A stretch of 64,000 nt of DNA, from NCBI GenBank assembly GCA_051747585.1, contig JBNJGH010000002.1, positions 13,291 to 77,290 of the forward strand, written 5' to 3'. The stretch comes from Candidatus Rifleibacteriota bacterium (GTDB lineage Bacteria > Muiribacteriota > Ozemobacteria > Ozemobacterales > Ozemobacteraceae). Below, in pieces: positions 27,223 through 37,709 of this stretch (position 1 is the stretch's first letter; each line of letters begins with the position of its first letter). A model generated the notes under the pieces. It saw only the letters and a list, made by a program, of their open reading frames with translations, did no database searches and had not been told where the DNA came from. A program made the position numbers and the translations under genes.

Positions 27223-30021
27223 TTATCGCCTGACTTCTACCGGACTGATCTCAAGCCGAGACAAGGCCCATTCACAGGTTTCTTTTAATGAATGATTAAC
27301 AGCCGGCATCATTTTAATATTTTTTACAACTGGAATAAACTCAGAAATACCTAAATATGCAGCAGTAAAAACTGCAGCTTCTTTAAAGAGAATATTATTA
27401 TGGTTCAAATACTTACCAATAATGATTTTTGCTTCCTTATTTTGAATACCAAAAACTTTGAATCCGTAAGCAGCAATATGCTGAAGTGAAATCTGCTCGA
27501 GTATGGGAATAATATGATAAACAAGTTGTCTTTCCCCCATATTCTGCAGAACTTCAATTGCATTGCTTATCAGCTCTTCATCTGTAGAATACAGGCTTTT
27601 AAACAAATCACGGGCTTCCCTGCTCTGTTCGGGTGCAACCAGACAAACAATAAGTCTGGTAAGCGCCCAGGCTTTTTCGTTTAACAACATTCTCAGGTAA
27701 ATTGTTTTTTCGCTGCCGAAATCTCGCATAAGAATGTATTCTTCTACCTTGTATTCATAAAGTTCCTGAATAATTTTCTGACCGTAAAGATGCAGATAAT
27801 CTCTTATAGAGGAATCCTGAGATACTGCAAGAATTCCGCCAACCACAGCTTTAGCGTGCAAAGAAGTTTCGGGGCTTTCAAGAACAGTAATAAGCTGGGA
27901 AAACATATCGTCATAATGCGACACCAGAATGTCTTGAGCCTTTTTTCTATTACGAGGACTTGAGTCTGAAAGACCTTCTACAACCAGATAAAACCATTTC
28001 GGTTCTGTAAGTCGTTGTAAAATTTTAAGACCGGTAAATCTAATTTCTCGATTAGAGTCGCTAATCATACTGCTTATTACATCGTAGAGTTCATCTGTTT
28101 CTGCATTACTCACCACTTTTTCAATGGCTTGCGCCGCCGCTTTGCGAATTGCCGTATCGCGACTGTTTATAAAAGGCTTGAGATTGACCCAAAAGCGCTC
28201 GTCTCCTGTATATCCCAATACCTCAACTCCCTTAATCAGTTCATCTTCATCAGAACTGTTGATTGATGCCTGTAAAATTTTTAACGATTGAACCATCTGA
28301 TCCAGGTCACCTATTCTAGCGAGTATTACAGCAGCAAGTCTCTGGCATTCAAAATCTTCCCCATTTAAAAAGGGTTTCACCCTTTCCCGCAATGCGGCTG
28401 ACGCCGGGAACCTGGTAAGAGATTTAAGTGCCATTTTATTTAGTAATTGATTATTTTCATCAATACAATCGAACAAAAATTTCATAGAAAGCTGATCAAC
28501 AGGTAAAATTGCCTTGTTTAAAATCTCAGCTTTTTTGCCGGCAACATAATTTTTTATAGTATTAAACAGTTTCTTACGATTCACCGGATCACCATTAGTA
28601 ATTATCAACTGAACAATAAGACAAGCTGTTTCGGTATCGGCTCTTTCGAGACGGTCGAGTAAAAACTGCATGGTATTCTGGTCTAAAGATAGCTTTTTTA
28701 AATCACTTCTGCTTTTAAAATCAAGTTCAGAACTTTTTAGTAATTTTAATAATCCGTCACGGTATGGCTTTTTCATTAGTACAGATAAAATTATCCAAGC
28801 TACTCCGACAAACACCGGTAAAGTTTTTACCAACTGAGGATAAGAATTGGCATACAAAAGTAAAATACCTGTAAAAACTGTGCCAAGAGGCAACAAAACA
28901 CCTTCATTAATGGTAATTATTCTAGCTTTTTCTTTAACGGGCAATGCATTGTAAAAAAGGTTGTTAACCGGCTGAAACAAAGCATCGCTTAGTCCTCCAT
29001 TAACAAATTTAAGCCAGATGCCCGAAGACAGCGAAAAGGAAAAAAGAGTGCCACTGAAACCTGTGGTAACAAGTACCGGAAAAATAAAATTAGTATTTCC
29101 GATACCAAGTCTTTGAATTAAGTTTCCGGTTATTAAACTCTGAAAAAGAAAAGCAAGTAAACTGGAAAAAACAATAAAGTAGCCATAAAATTGAGCAAGT
29201 GAATTTTCATCGGCAAAATGTCTGTTAAAAATTTCTGCACACTGAAATTCTGCCAGGTAAAACGCAATCGTAGAAAAAACCGATGCGCACACCAAATAAA
29301 GAACCAGGCGGGATTCGAACAAAGAAGTTAAGAATTTCTTTATTTTCTCCAGAAGAGGTGTTTTTTTTCTCTGTGAATGCTGACTTATAAAAGTTTTGAT
29401 TTGCGGTTTTAGAAAGCTTTTACTTCCAACTGCAAACACCAGAAACCCTAAAACATGAATAAACAACCAATACCATAAAATCACCGGTAACGCATATTGA
29501 TCAGCCAACCAGGCAAGACTGGTGCCCGCAGCAATTCGACCGGCAACTACTCCGGTAAAAATAAGAGGAACCAGGCGCTTACCTTTGAGCGAATTAAATT
29601 GAGTGCCTATTAGAACAGAGAAAATAACAGGCATAACAAATTGCATTGTATTGGCAATTAAATAAAGACAATAAAAGCTGAAGTTCAGAAAAATGAAATC
29701 TTGTGCCTTCAATACCAGCTGAATACAGAGAAAAATTAAAATTGCCGAGACGACTCCACCGACAAGTGTTACCTGTCTTTTTTCTCTTTTACCCTGCAAA
29801 AAGGTTAGCGCCAGGCTTAAAGGAATTGCAGCCAGGGCACATATTATAAACATAACCGGCAACTGCTCATAACCAACTCTCTTAATAAAAAGTGAGTCTG
29901 AGGTGGCATCTCCTAGGCCGAGTGCATACCAGTTAAAAAAGATGAAAAACCAGAAAAAGCCGGTTTCTTTCCATTCCCCGGCTCTTATATTCAATACTGA
30001 TTCTATTCTATTGATAATCAT
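27223..30021 (-). CDS. Npt1/Npt2 (TLC, MFS-like) nucleotide transporter family protein with C-terminal HEAT repeats
   Basis: LNIRAGEW, SLFIKRVGYEQLP, KRLVPLI, LIQRLGIG; about 12 TM helices, then HEAT repeats. Confidence 0.82.
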   Translation of the reverse strand: MIINRIESVLNIRAGEWKETGFFWFFIFFNWYALGLGDATSDSLFIKRVGYEQLPVMFIICALAAIPLSLALTFLQGKREKRQVTLVGGVVSAILIFLCIQLVLKAQDFIFLNFSFYCLYLIANTMQFVMPVIFSVLIGTQFNSLKGKRLVPLIFTGVVAGRIAAGTSLAWLADQYALPVILWYWLFIHVLGFLVFAVGSKSFLKPQIKTFISQHSQRKKTPLLEKIKKFLTSLFESRLVLYLVCASVFSTIAFYLAEFQCAEIFNRHFADENSLAQFYGYFIVFSSLLAFLFQSLITGNLIQRLGIGNTNFIFPVLVTTGFSGTLFSFSLSSGIWLKFVNGGLSDALFQPVNNLFYNALPVKEKARIITINEGVLLPLGTVFTGILLLYANSYPQLVKTLPVFVGVAWIILSVLMKKPYRDGLLKLLKSSELDFKSRSDLKKLSLDQNTMQFLLDRLERADTETACLIVQLIITNGDPVNRKKLFNTIKNYVAGKKAEILNKAILPVDQLSMKFLFDCIDENNQLLNKMALKSLTRFPASAALRERVKPFLNGEDFECQRLAAVILARIGDLDQMVQSLKILQASINSSDEDELIKGVEVLGYTGDERFWVNLKPFINSRDTAIRKAAAQAIEKVVSNAETDELYDVISSMISDSNREIRFTGLKILQRLTEPKWFYLVVEGLSDSSPRNRKKAQDILVSHYDDMFSQLITVLESPETSLHAKAVVGGILAVSQDSSIRDYLHLYGQKIIQELYEYKVEEYILMRDFGSEKTIYLRMLLNEKAWALTRLIVCLVAPEQSREARDLFKSLYSTDEELISNAIEVLQNMGERQLVYHIIPILEQISLQHIAAYGFKVFGIQNKEAKIIIGKYLNHNNILFKEAAVFTAAYLGISEFIPVVKNIKMMPAVNHSLKETCEWALSRLEISPVEVRR

Positions 30022-30046
30022 TCGATTTTCATTTTATTGAAATTAT

Positions 30047-33000
30047 TTACCAGAATTTCCAATCATAACGCACACCGATACGTTTGTCTTTTTCAGGTTC
30101 TTCAAACTCAAGATTTACAACAAACCCCCTTGGCAACCTGTATTCAAAAATAAAAGTTTCTTCATCTTTTTCATCCAGAGTACCTTCATAGGCCATAAAA
30201 ATATTGTTTCCAATATATTTACCGGCTCGTATAAATGAACGGCTTTTTCCTTCTGTTCTATCATATAACGAGGTTAAAAATAACTCATCAAGATTTAAAG
30301 CGGTAGAAATTGTTGTTCCAATCAAAGCAGAAATATATGAGTTTTTAAGACCTTCAAGAATTTCATCTTCAAACAGAGAGCCGGAATCAGCTTCCATTGT
30401 AGAACTCAAATCGCGACCAAAAGTCAACATGGCCAGCAAATCAGCTTCGGACATCGGAGGTGAAGAATAAATTTTGGGAGTGAACGAAGAAACCCTGCCT
30501 TGGAGTGTTAAATAAACCTGAGTATTTTGAACCCGTCCTTCAGATTTAATAAAGATCTGGGGATCCAAGGTATTATCTACTCCACCAAAGTTAATTTCAC
30601 CGGTATCGATACGAAATTTTCGCCTTTGAAAGAATAGCCAGCCCTGAACTGTAGAAATTCCACCTTCTAGATTTACATTTTCAAGGTCACCAATTATTGA
30701 AAATTTTCCCCGCATTTCTGAATTTAGAAACGAGCTTTTAATCCAGAAATTCCTGGGAACTTCGACATTGACTTTGTATTTTAGTGAATTAAAAAATAGA
30801 TCGAGGCCCGGACGATCTTTAAGTAAATCGGTGTTTATTAAAAATTTACCACGAGGAACAAACACATCCCCATAAATCTCAGGGTTATAAAGGTTTCCAC
30901 CCAATGTAAAGCTTGCGCTGGCGCGGTTAATTTCAAAATTCAAAAAGGAAAAATCAATGTCATTGCCAGAAATTTGAGCGGTAATAGAGCCGGGACCATC
31001 TCTAAAGTTAATTTCCCCTTCGCCTGCTATTTCTCCCCTTCCGAGATTTCCTTCCAGTTGGTCAATATTGATAATGCTGTCATCTGTCGATAAAACAAGC
31101 TTAACATTCTTAAATGGCTTTCTCATACCCGAAATTCCCAACTCATCAGCATCGACGTTTAAGGCTCCGGTTATTTGCGGACTTTCCGGTTTACCCTCAA
31201 GTCGTAAGTCTGCTTTTATTGTACCGCTTGCCTGTCTAAAAACAGATGGCAGAAAATCAGGCAAGTCACTGATTGGCCCCTGGGGTATATTCAACTGCAT
31301 CTGAATATCTTTGATTTTAGTATAATCTTTTAAATCGAGCTCTCCTTGCATGTTAAAGGAGTTTTGCGGCAATTCTACTTTGAAATTTTCGACCCGCAGC
31401 TTTCTGGTATCACCTGAAACCTTTGCAGTAATTTCAGGTATTTTTCTTCCCTGAATATCAAGTTGTGCAATTTTCGCGTCGGCCCTCAGACTCAGGTCAG
31501 GTAATCGGCCAAAAATAGAAGCATCGAGAGATAATTCTCCATCATAGCCCCGCTCTGGAAAATCAAAAAGACTACCGAGAGCCTTAACAGAAAAATCCCG
31601 CCCTTTAATCATTAAAGCAGTTTCTTCGCCCGGTTTAAAGGTTCCTTCTATACCAAGGATTCCCTGGCGATATTTCAATTCAAGTGATCTAACTTCAAGA
31701 TTGTTATTCTGATATTTCAGCTGCATTGGACGATTGGATACAATTACATTGTTCTCTTTCTGAATTTTTATCGAATCAAGCTGCATCTCTATAACATCCG
31801 GGGTAAGCGAAGCTAGATCTCCGCTTATAAGACATTGCCCGTCAACAATCAGACCGCCGTAATCTATAGCTTTAAAGCCGTGTGCCTTAGACAAAAAAGA
31901 TAAATCTACATCTTTAAGTTGCAAATCTGCTTGATAAGGCTTTCTTCCAGTCCAGAAAATATTACCGTCGAGACTTATGCCAAGTTTATCAAATTCTGCC
32001 CGGGCAATTTTCAATTCACGCTTGTCTACTATTACTTCAGCCCCGAGATTACCAAGATCTCTTTCTCCGACTCTTATTTTATCGCCGAAAAGAGTAAAAT
32101 ATCCTTTTTTGTCAGCGCCATCCCATTCTATGTCGCCCTGGCAATTAACTTCACCATGAACTTCCGGCAGATATTCTTTTAAAATATTTATTCGGTCGAG
32201 ATAAATCGATTCGGCCTTAACCGATCCATCAAATTGATCAAATCCAAGCACCTGACCTCTTAAATGAATTTTTCCGCCAAAAGCTCTTATAAATAAATTT
32301 CTTATCTCTCCCTGATTCCCCCAGATACTTCCTTCTAGAAATGCGGTATCGAGCTCATGATTCATGAAATTCAACTTTCGCCCATCTACCAAAAAGGCCC
32401 AGTAATCTTCTTCGCGTTGCCCGTCGAAAGAAACACTTCCCGAGATATTGCCGGTAATTGGGGTCTCTTTTTGATTTTCAGGAAAAAGACTTTTAAGAAA
32501 TTCAACCGATAAACCCTGAAAATTAAATTTAAAACTGCGGGTGTTTCCAGAAACCAGATTCAGAGAGTAAAACCCATCTATCATACCGGCTGATTCAGGT
32601 GTTATAACCAGAGGTGAAAGATTGAGAATGTTATCTTTAAACTTCAGATTTGCTTTGAATGAATCTATGTTTTGCTGCATTAAGAAAAGATTTGTACCAA
32701 AAAGATTGCCTTCTAATTCCGGGCTATTAAGAGGACCTGAGGCACCCGCCTCCAGATAAGCACTACCCGATGCAATATGCTGAGGCACCCCAAAAGAAGA
32801 TAAAGCAACATTATTAATTTTTACATCTGCATCAATTTTTTCGGTGGCAAGAGTACCGTCAAGCTTTATAAAGCTATTTTCAGCAAATGAAGCCACAGGA
32901 TTCTTAATAATCCAATTTTTTCCTTTTCCTTTAATAGTTCCTGATACTTTTTGAGGTTTTAGAGTAAAAAATACAGCCTTTTGAATTAAAATATCGATAA

Positions 33001-34465
33001 AATATTCGGTATTCTGAGGAGCAAAAAGATCGAGATTCAATTTAAAATTGCCGGAGCAGATACCTTCGAGAGGAAAATCCAGATATTTTTTAATGTTATC
33101 AAGATTTATCGAATTTAGAGAGCCACTGACAATTCCCTGTCCCAGATTTTCTTTTTTTAAAGAGATGGTCGAACTGGCCTTGTAATTACCGGCATCTGAA
33201 GTTACTTTTGCCATTGTCTTCAAATTGTTTTTAGAATTGAGTTCCCAGGTTAAGTCAGCATTATTGATAGTATTTTTATAAATTTCCCAGTCCGCAAGCC
33301 TGGCGCTGCCAGAACCAATTATCTGCTCTACACTTCCAGTAAATTTACCGTTGAAATCTATATTACCTGGTTGAATTGCCGGCAAATCAAAAGAAAAGAA
33401 GTTAAAAATTTCATCTGACGGTTTGAAGTTTTTTATATCAACATTGGCTGACAGCTCTTTTGATCTACCAGAATTATTTACTGTCAAAGGCCAGGTCGCA
33501 ACAATGTCAATACCGGTATGTTTTTTTTGGCAGTTAAAGCTAAAGTTCCACGGTCCTTGTTCACTTTTTTGAGCTTCAAAATTTAACGGGCCTTCTAGAT
33601 CTGTCCAGGAGAAATGGTCTGTAATCAGGCTGACATTGCCCTTTAATTCCTGATAAAAAAGTTTTTTCAAATTTTCAGCAGGATCTTTGAGCCGTGCAAC
33701 CAGGTCTCCAGTCCAGTCTAGATTGATTTCTACCTTACCTTTGCCAATTTCAATATCGTAAAAATGCTTGACCAGGGTTAGCGGAGTAAACATAGCAAGG
33801 TTATCGTGCTTCCATAAAAATCTTACCCTTGATTCTCCCTGGTTAAGATTGATTATTGCTTTTAATTTTGCCTTCCCTCCAAAGGGCCCATTCTTTATTT
33901 CGGCCCCAAGGTCTGCCGTACCGTTATTTTTTAAAAGAAAGGAGGAAAATTCAGGAAAGGAATATAAAGCGCTGCTGGTTTTAAATTGAAGATTGTTAAT
34001 CTGAACCTCTGAAGCTGGTATTTTACTTATAGGATTAATATTATCATTGTCGGACAGAGGTCTTGGAGCATTTAAATCAAAGGTAACACCTCCAAGTTCG
34101 ATTCTTTCGATAACTGCCCTGGCATAAAAATAATCAAGAATTCCAGTACCTGAAGCCAGATAGACATCGGCTTTTTTCACTTTTATAAAAGGCAACTTGC
34201 CGGGGATTTGCACAACAAGGTCTGTAGTTTTAATTGTGTGACGAGAAACAAAGAATTTTGCTTTTGAAACCTTGAAATCTATATTGTGAAATGTGCTGCT
34301 ATAGTCTCTTATACGGTTAATTAGAAAATTGGGAATGGTAAATGAATGTTGATAGGCATAATAGATCAGCCCTGAAATTCCAACTGAGCAGACAATTAAA
34401 ATAAGAAAAAGTATTCTTATTCTTCTAATCAGCTTTTTTTTCATTGTTTTGCTCATTCTCTGCAA
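30047..34465 (-). CDS. tamB: Translocation/assembly module TamB domain protein
   Basis: N-terminal TM, long beta-taco repeats, C-terminal SSPPMSEADLLAMLTFG and GKYI, ends in YDWKFW. Confidence 0.85.
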   Translation of the reverse strand: MQRMSKTMKKKLIRRIRILFLILIVCSVGISGLIYYAYQHSFTIPNFLINRIRDYSSTFHNIDFKVSKAKFFVSRHTIKTTDLVVQIPGKLPFIKVKKADVYLASGTGILDYFYARAVIERIELGGVTFDLNAPRPLSDNDNINPISKIPASEVQINNLQFKTSSALYSFPEFSSFLLKNNGTADLGAEIKNGPFGGKAKLKAIINLNQGESRVRFLWKHDNLAMFTPLTLVKHFYDIEIGKGKVEINLDWTGDLVARLKDPAENLKKLFYQELKGNVSLITDHFSWTDLEGPLNFEAQKSEQGPWNFSFNCQKKHTGIDIVATWPLTVNNSGRSKELSANVDIKNFKPSDEIFNFFSFDLPAIQPGNIDFNGKFTGSVEQIIGSGSARLADWEIYKNTINNADLTWELNSKNNLKTMAKVTSDAGNYKASSTISLKKENLGQGIVSGSLNSINLDNIKKYLDFPLEGICSGNFKLNLDLFAPQNTEYFIDILIQKAVFFTLKPQKVSGTIKGKGKNWIIKNPVASFAENSFIKLDGTLATEKIDADVKINNVALSSFGVPQHIASGSAYLEAGASGPLNSPELEGNLFGTNLFLMQQNIDSFKANLKFKDNILNLSPLVITPESAGMIDGFYSLNLVSGNTRSFKFNFQGLSVEFLKSLFPENQKETPITGNISGSVSFDGQREEDYWAFLVDGRKLNFMNHELDTAFLEGSIWGNQGEIRNLFIRAFGGKIHLRGQVLGFDQFDGSVKAESIYLDRINILKEYLPEVHGEVNCQGDIEWDGADKKGYFTLFGDKIRVGERDLGNLGAEVIVDKRELKIARAEFDKLGISLDGNIFWTGRKPYQADLQLKDVDLSFLSKAHGFKAIDYGGLIVDGQCLISGDLASLTPDVIEMQLDSIKIQKENNVIVSNRPMQLKYQNNNLEVRSLELKYRQGILGIEGTFKPGEETALMIKGRDFSVKALGSLFDFPERGYDGELSLDASIFGRLPDLSLRADAKIAQLDIQGRKIPEITAKVSGDTRKLRVENFKVELPQNSFNMQGELDLKDYTKIKDIQMQLNIPQGPISDLPDFLPSVFRQASGTIKADLRLEGKPESPQITGALNVDADELGISGMRKPFKNVKLVLSTDDSIINIDQLEGNLGRGEIAGEGEINFRDGPGSITAQISGNDIDFSFLNFEINRASASFTLGGNLYNPEIYGDVFVPRGKFLINTDLLKDRPGLDLFFNSLKYKVNVEVPRNFWIKSSFLNSEMRGKFSIIGDLENVNLEGGISTVQGWLFFQRRKFRIDTGEINFGGVDNTLDPQIFIKSEGRVQNTQVYLTLQGRVSSFTPKIYSSPPMSEADLLAMLTFGRDLSSTMEADSGSLFEDEILEGLKNSYISALIGTTISTALNLDELFLTSLYDRTEGKSRSFIRAGKYIGNNIFMAYEGTLDEKDEETFIFEYRLPRGFVVNLEFEEPEKDKRIGVRYDWKFW

Positions 34466-34847
34466 ACGACGATTTTCCGGAAGATTCTTGCTGGAATTTC
34501 ATGTATCTGACGACATGCCCGGGGGTAAAAATCTGTATAATAACGTAAAAGAATGCCGCACCGATCAAACCAAAAGTCAGAGGATCGACAGCAGCTTTAC
34601 CAAAAAGATAGACGGCCGAAATAGACAAGCATAAAGACGAATACATCAGAATTTTAGCAAACCACCAGCCAAGCATATTAAACCAACTTTGCCAGCTATG
34701 GTGCAAAATTTTCTTCTTTTCTTTTCTGAATCTAACTAAGAGGTATTCAAATTCAGAACTGCCATCTGCCATTTTTTCCAGAAGCTTTTCAAAGTCTTCT
34801 GGATTTTGACGGTCTTTATTCAATATTTCCCGGATTTTTTTTTCCAA
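34425..34847 (-). CDS. Hypothetical membrane protein
   Basis: Two hydrophobic helices; overlaps the tamB start. Confidence 0.6.
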   Translation of the reverse strand: MEKKIREILNKDRQNPEDFEKLLEKMADGSSEFEYLLVRFRKEKKKILHHSWQSWFNMLGWWFAKILMYSSLCLSISAVYLFGKAAVDPLTFGLIGAAFFYVIIQIFTPGHVVRYMKFQQESSGKSSFAENEQNNEKKAD

Positions 34848-34972
34848 CTTTTTCTACCATTGCATTAACTATAATACAGCAAAATAATCTCTTTTTAAAT
34901 GCTCTTTACCTGACTGCCTGAAATTTCAGCAATCTCAAACAGTCAGGTAAATACCACTTTAGGTTTAAGTGA

Positions 34973-36934
34973 TTATTTTTCGTGGTCTTCTATAAATCTG
35001 TCGTCTTCACGATGCGGTGCCATGAGCATTTTTCCTGCACTAAAAACTACCAGACCTGTCGCCATTGTCCATGAGCTTACCAGAAGAATTAATCCGCTGG
35101 TTTCAATTTTAATTAATCCAGGATAAGTGGCAACCAATATAATCATGGGAAAACCCCAGATTACCGCAGGAATCAAAATAGACTCTTTCTTTTGCCCATC
35201 ATCTTTGAACCTGCGCCAGGTAAGAAAAACAAAAATTCCTATAACCATCATCATTACAAATCTGGTAGCCCAAATATAAGGTCTGTCGCATACCGAAACC
35301 CCTTCCATGGTCAGTTTACTCCAGCCTTGCTGGTAAGACCAGGTAACAAGAATGCCAAGAATAAAAACAGGGGTAATATACTTCATAATGTATAAATAAA
35401 TTTTTGGAATCCTGATATCACAGCCTTTATGCAGTTCAAGCCAGGCTCTTTTTGCACCAAATATCCACATAAATGCAACGGCTTCTACCGAAGCCATTAC
35501 AACCAGACCGAAGGTTCCAGCCCAATAATCCATCTCATCCAGAACACCATTCTTCAGCCAGAAAATAGGACCGTGTGCAAGAATAAAAGATGTAATTCCT
35601 ATTACCATTACAGATTTTTTATGGCTGAAGGCAAGTTCGTCTTTCAAAAAAGTAATTGCAGGAGTAAGAAGGGCAACAGCGCTGGTAATGCCTGCAACAA
35701 ACAAAAGCCCAAACCATATTGCTCCAAAGAACCAGCCCATGTCGATTTGGGCAAAAATCATGGGTAACGACTGAAACCCAAGATCAAATGATCCGCCATT
35801 TGCTATAGACATTGTTCCTTCTCGACCGAAAAAGGCAACAGCTGCGGGAATTGCAATTGAGCTTCCGAGAATAACTTCTGAAAATTCATTAGTAGAAGCT
35901 GTTGCAAGACCGGTAAGTATTACGTCGTCTTTTTCCGATAAATAACTTGCATACGCCTGAATTGCCCCAAGCCCGAGAGACAGGGTAAAGAAAATTTGTC
36001 CGGCTGCAGCCAACCATATTTTTGAATTACTTAAATCCTTGAAATTCGGAGTCCAGAGAAAATTAAATCCCTCGGCAATCGTAGAAACAGTTGCCGGGCT
36101 GTCGCCGAGGGTTAAAACTCTGACAGCAAGAATAACTGCAAAAACAAATAATAAAGGCATACCAATTTTTGCCAACTTTTCTATACCTGCTGACAAGCCT
36201 CGGTACAAAAAATACATATTGAGAAAAAAAGTGATAAGAAAAAACCAGTATGCCGTGCTGTTATTGCTAAAGTAGCGATTTTTTAAATTAACGGTTACAT
36301 AGGGGCAATTCTCTTCATCAAGCTTTTCGTTGGTCGGATCCCATTTTCCATGAATATCTGGTCTATAAAGCAGGTTCGGGGGAACTTCCAGGGGATCACT
36401 CAAAGCAGAAATCTTTTTTACATCTTCAAAAGTAGCCGATTTTACAACCTTAACAGATGGCGTGATTCCCTGAAACTCGCCTAAGAACCGACCCATTTCT
36501 CCCCTTTTTTCGTTAAGATCGTTTCCTTTGAGATCTGAAATATAAGTTTCACGAATAGAAAAATAGCTGAAAGAAAGAGTCCAGGATTCTACATAAAAAT
36601 AATAAATACCAATGAACAATGGTAAAACAAACCCCAGAACACCAATATATTTTACAATTCTGTTTTTCACCATCTTATGCAGAACACCTGGCATTGTTCC
36701 ATGTCCCAGGTTACCGCCATATCTACCAATCCCCCATTCCATCCACATTAAGGGGATGCCGAGCAGAAAGAAGGCAATAAAATAAGGTATCATAAAAGCA
36801 CCGCCGCCATTTTGGGCTGCTTGAGTCGGAAAGCGCAAAAAATTTCCCAATCCTACAGCATTGCCGGCCATTGCCAGAATAAGCCCAATTCTGGACCCCC
36901 AGTGTTCTCTCTGAACTCCCTTATTTTCTGTCAT
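34973..36934 (-). CDS. Sodium-dependent transporter, NSS/SLC6 family (LeuT-like)
   Basis: REHWGSRIGLILAMAGNAVGLGNFLRFP, GQIFFTLSLG, AGITSAVA, LDEMDYWAGT. Confidence 0.95.
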   Translation of the reverse strand: MTENKGVQREHWGSRIGLILAMAGNAVGLGNFLRFPTQAAQNGGGAFMIPYFIAFFLLGIPLMWMEWGIGRYGGNLGHGTMPGVLHKMVKNRIVKYIGVLGFVLPLFIGIYYFYVESWTLSFSYFSIRETYISDLKGNDLNEKRGEMGRFLGEFQGITPSVKVVKSATFEDVKKISALSDPLEVPPNLLYRPDIHGKWDPTNEKLDEENCPYVTVNLKNRYFSNNSTAYWFFLITFFLNMYFLYRGLSAGIEKLAKIGMPLLFVFAVILAVRVLTLGDSPATVSTIAEGFNFLWTPNFKDLSNSKIWLAAAGQIFFTLSLGLGAIQAYASYLSEKDDVILTGLATASTNEFSEVILGSSIAIPAAVAFFGREGTMSIANGGSFDLGFQSLPMIFAQIDMGWFFGAIWFGLLFVAGITSAVALLTPAITFLKDELAFSHKKSVMVIGITSFILAHGPIFWLKNGVLDEMDYWAGTFGLVVMASVEAVAFMWIFGAKRAWLELHKGCDIRIPKIYLYIMKYITPVFILGILVTWSYQQGWSKLTMEGVSVCDRPYIWATRFVMMMVIGIFVFLTWRRFKDDGQKKESILIPAVIWGFPMIILVATYPGLIKIETSGLILLVSSWTMATGLVVFSAGKMLMAPHREDDRFIEDHEK

Positions 36935-36978
36935 CTTTTAATACTCCTGCTATAATTATTCGTGTTTACGGCAAAAAA

Positions 36979-37008
36979 AAACCCCGCTCACCTTGAGCAG
37001 GGCTCTTT
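36979..37008 (-). terminator. Probable terminator after the HU gene
   Basis: Imperfect hairpin around GCTCA/TGAGC followed by U9 on the minus strand. Confidence 0.55.
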
Positions 37009-37018
37009 TAAACTTAGC

Positions 37019-37300
37019 TTACTTACCCTTGGCAACCATTTCTTTAAGTTCTTTACCAGCTTTAAACTTAACAACTTTTTTAGCTGGAATGCTGATGGTT
37101 TTTTTGGTCTGAGGATTAACGCCTTTTCTTGCTGCACGTTTTGCAACTTCAAAAGAACCAAAACCGATCAACTGAATTTTTTCGCCTTTTTTAAGGGTTG
37201 CTTTGAAGGTATCGAGCATAACTTCGAGAGCATCCTGGGCAGTAGCCTGATTAAGGTCAGCATTATTAGCAATAGCTTTTACTAGATCCGCTTTATTCAT
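37019..37300 (-). CDS. hup: DNA-binding protein HU
   Basis: MNKADLV, GFGSFEVAKRAARKGVNPQT, IPAKKVVKFKAGKELK; AAGGAG RBS before 37300. Confidence 0.96.
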   Translation of the reverse strand: MNKADLVKAIANNADLNQATAQDALEVMLDTFKATLKKGEKIQLIGFGSFEVAKRAARKGVNPQTKKTISIPAKKVVKFKAGKELKEMVAKGK

Positions 37301-37339
37301 CTGAAAAATCTCCTTCTTGATAGTGAATTTGTTGAGCTG

Positions 37340-37369
37340 ATTATAATTACCGTTAAACGCTGTTGTCAA
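37340..37369 (-). promoter_or_regulatory. Sigma70 promoter of the HU gene
   Basis: TTGACA-18 nt-TATAAT on the minus strand. Confidence 0.75.
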
Positions 37370-37709
37370 TACCCCAATTTAAATTTATTTCGCAAAGGTA
37401 CCGAATCAGAGCGCAACCGCAAAAGCTTGCAACGCAACGCAAACTACTGCCAGCAAAGCTTTAGAAGAGCTTTCTTCATTCCCCAAACCGCAAGCAGAAA
37501 AAAAACTTTCAACAGTATTGTACACAAAACAAAGACGACGACAATCCCGGATTCCTGATCGCGCTACGCTTGTCAGGAAAGACGGTTACAGGGTTTTCCA
37601 ACCTTAACAACATTTTTTTATTTTATTCTTAGAAAACTTTGCGCCCTGGAAGCTTGGCGTGTTGAATATTCTTTTTTGAAACAAGTTTATAGTCGCCGGC
37701 TGAAAATTG

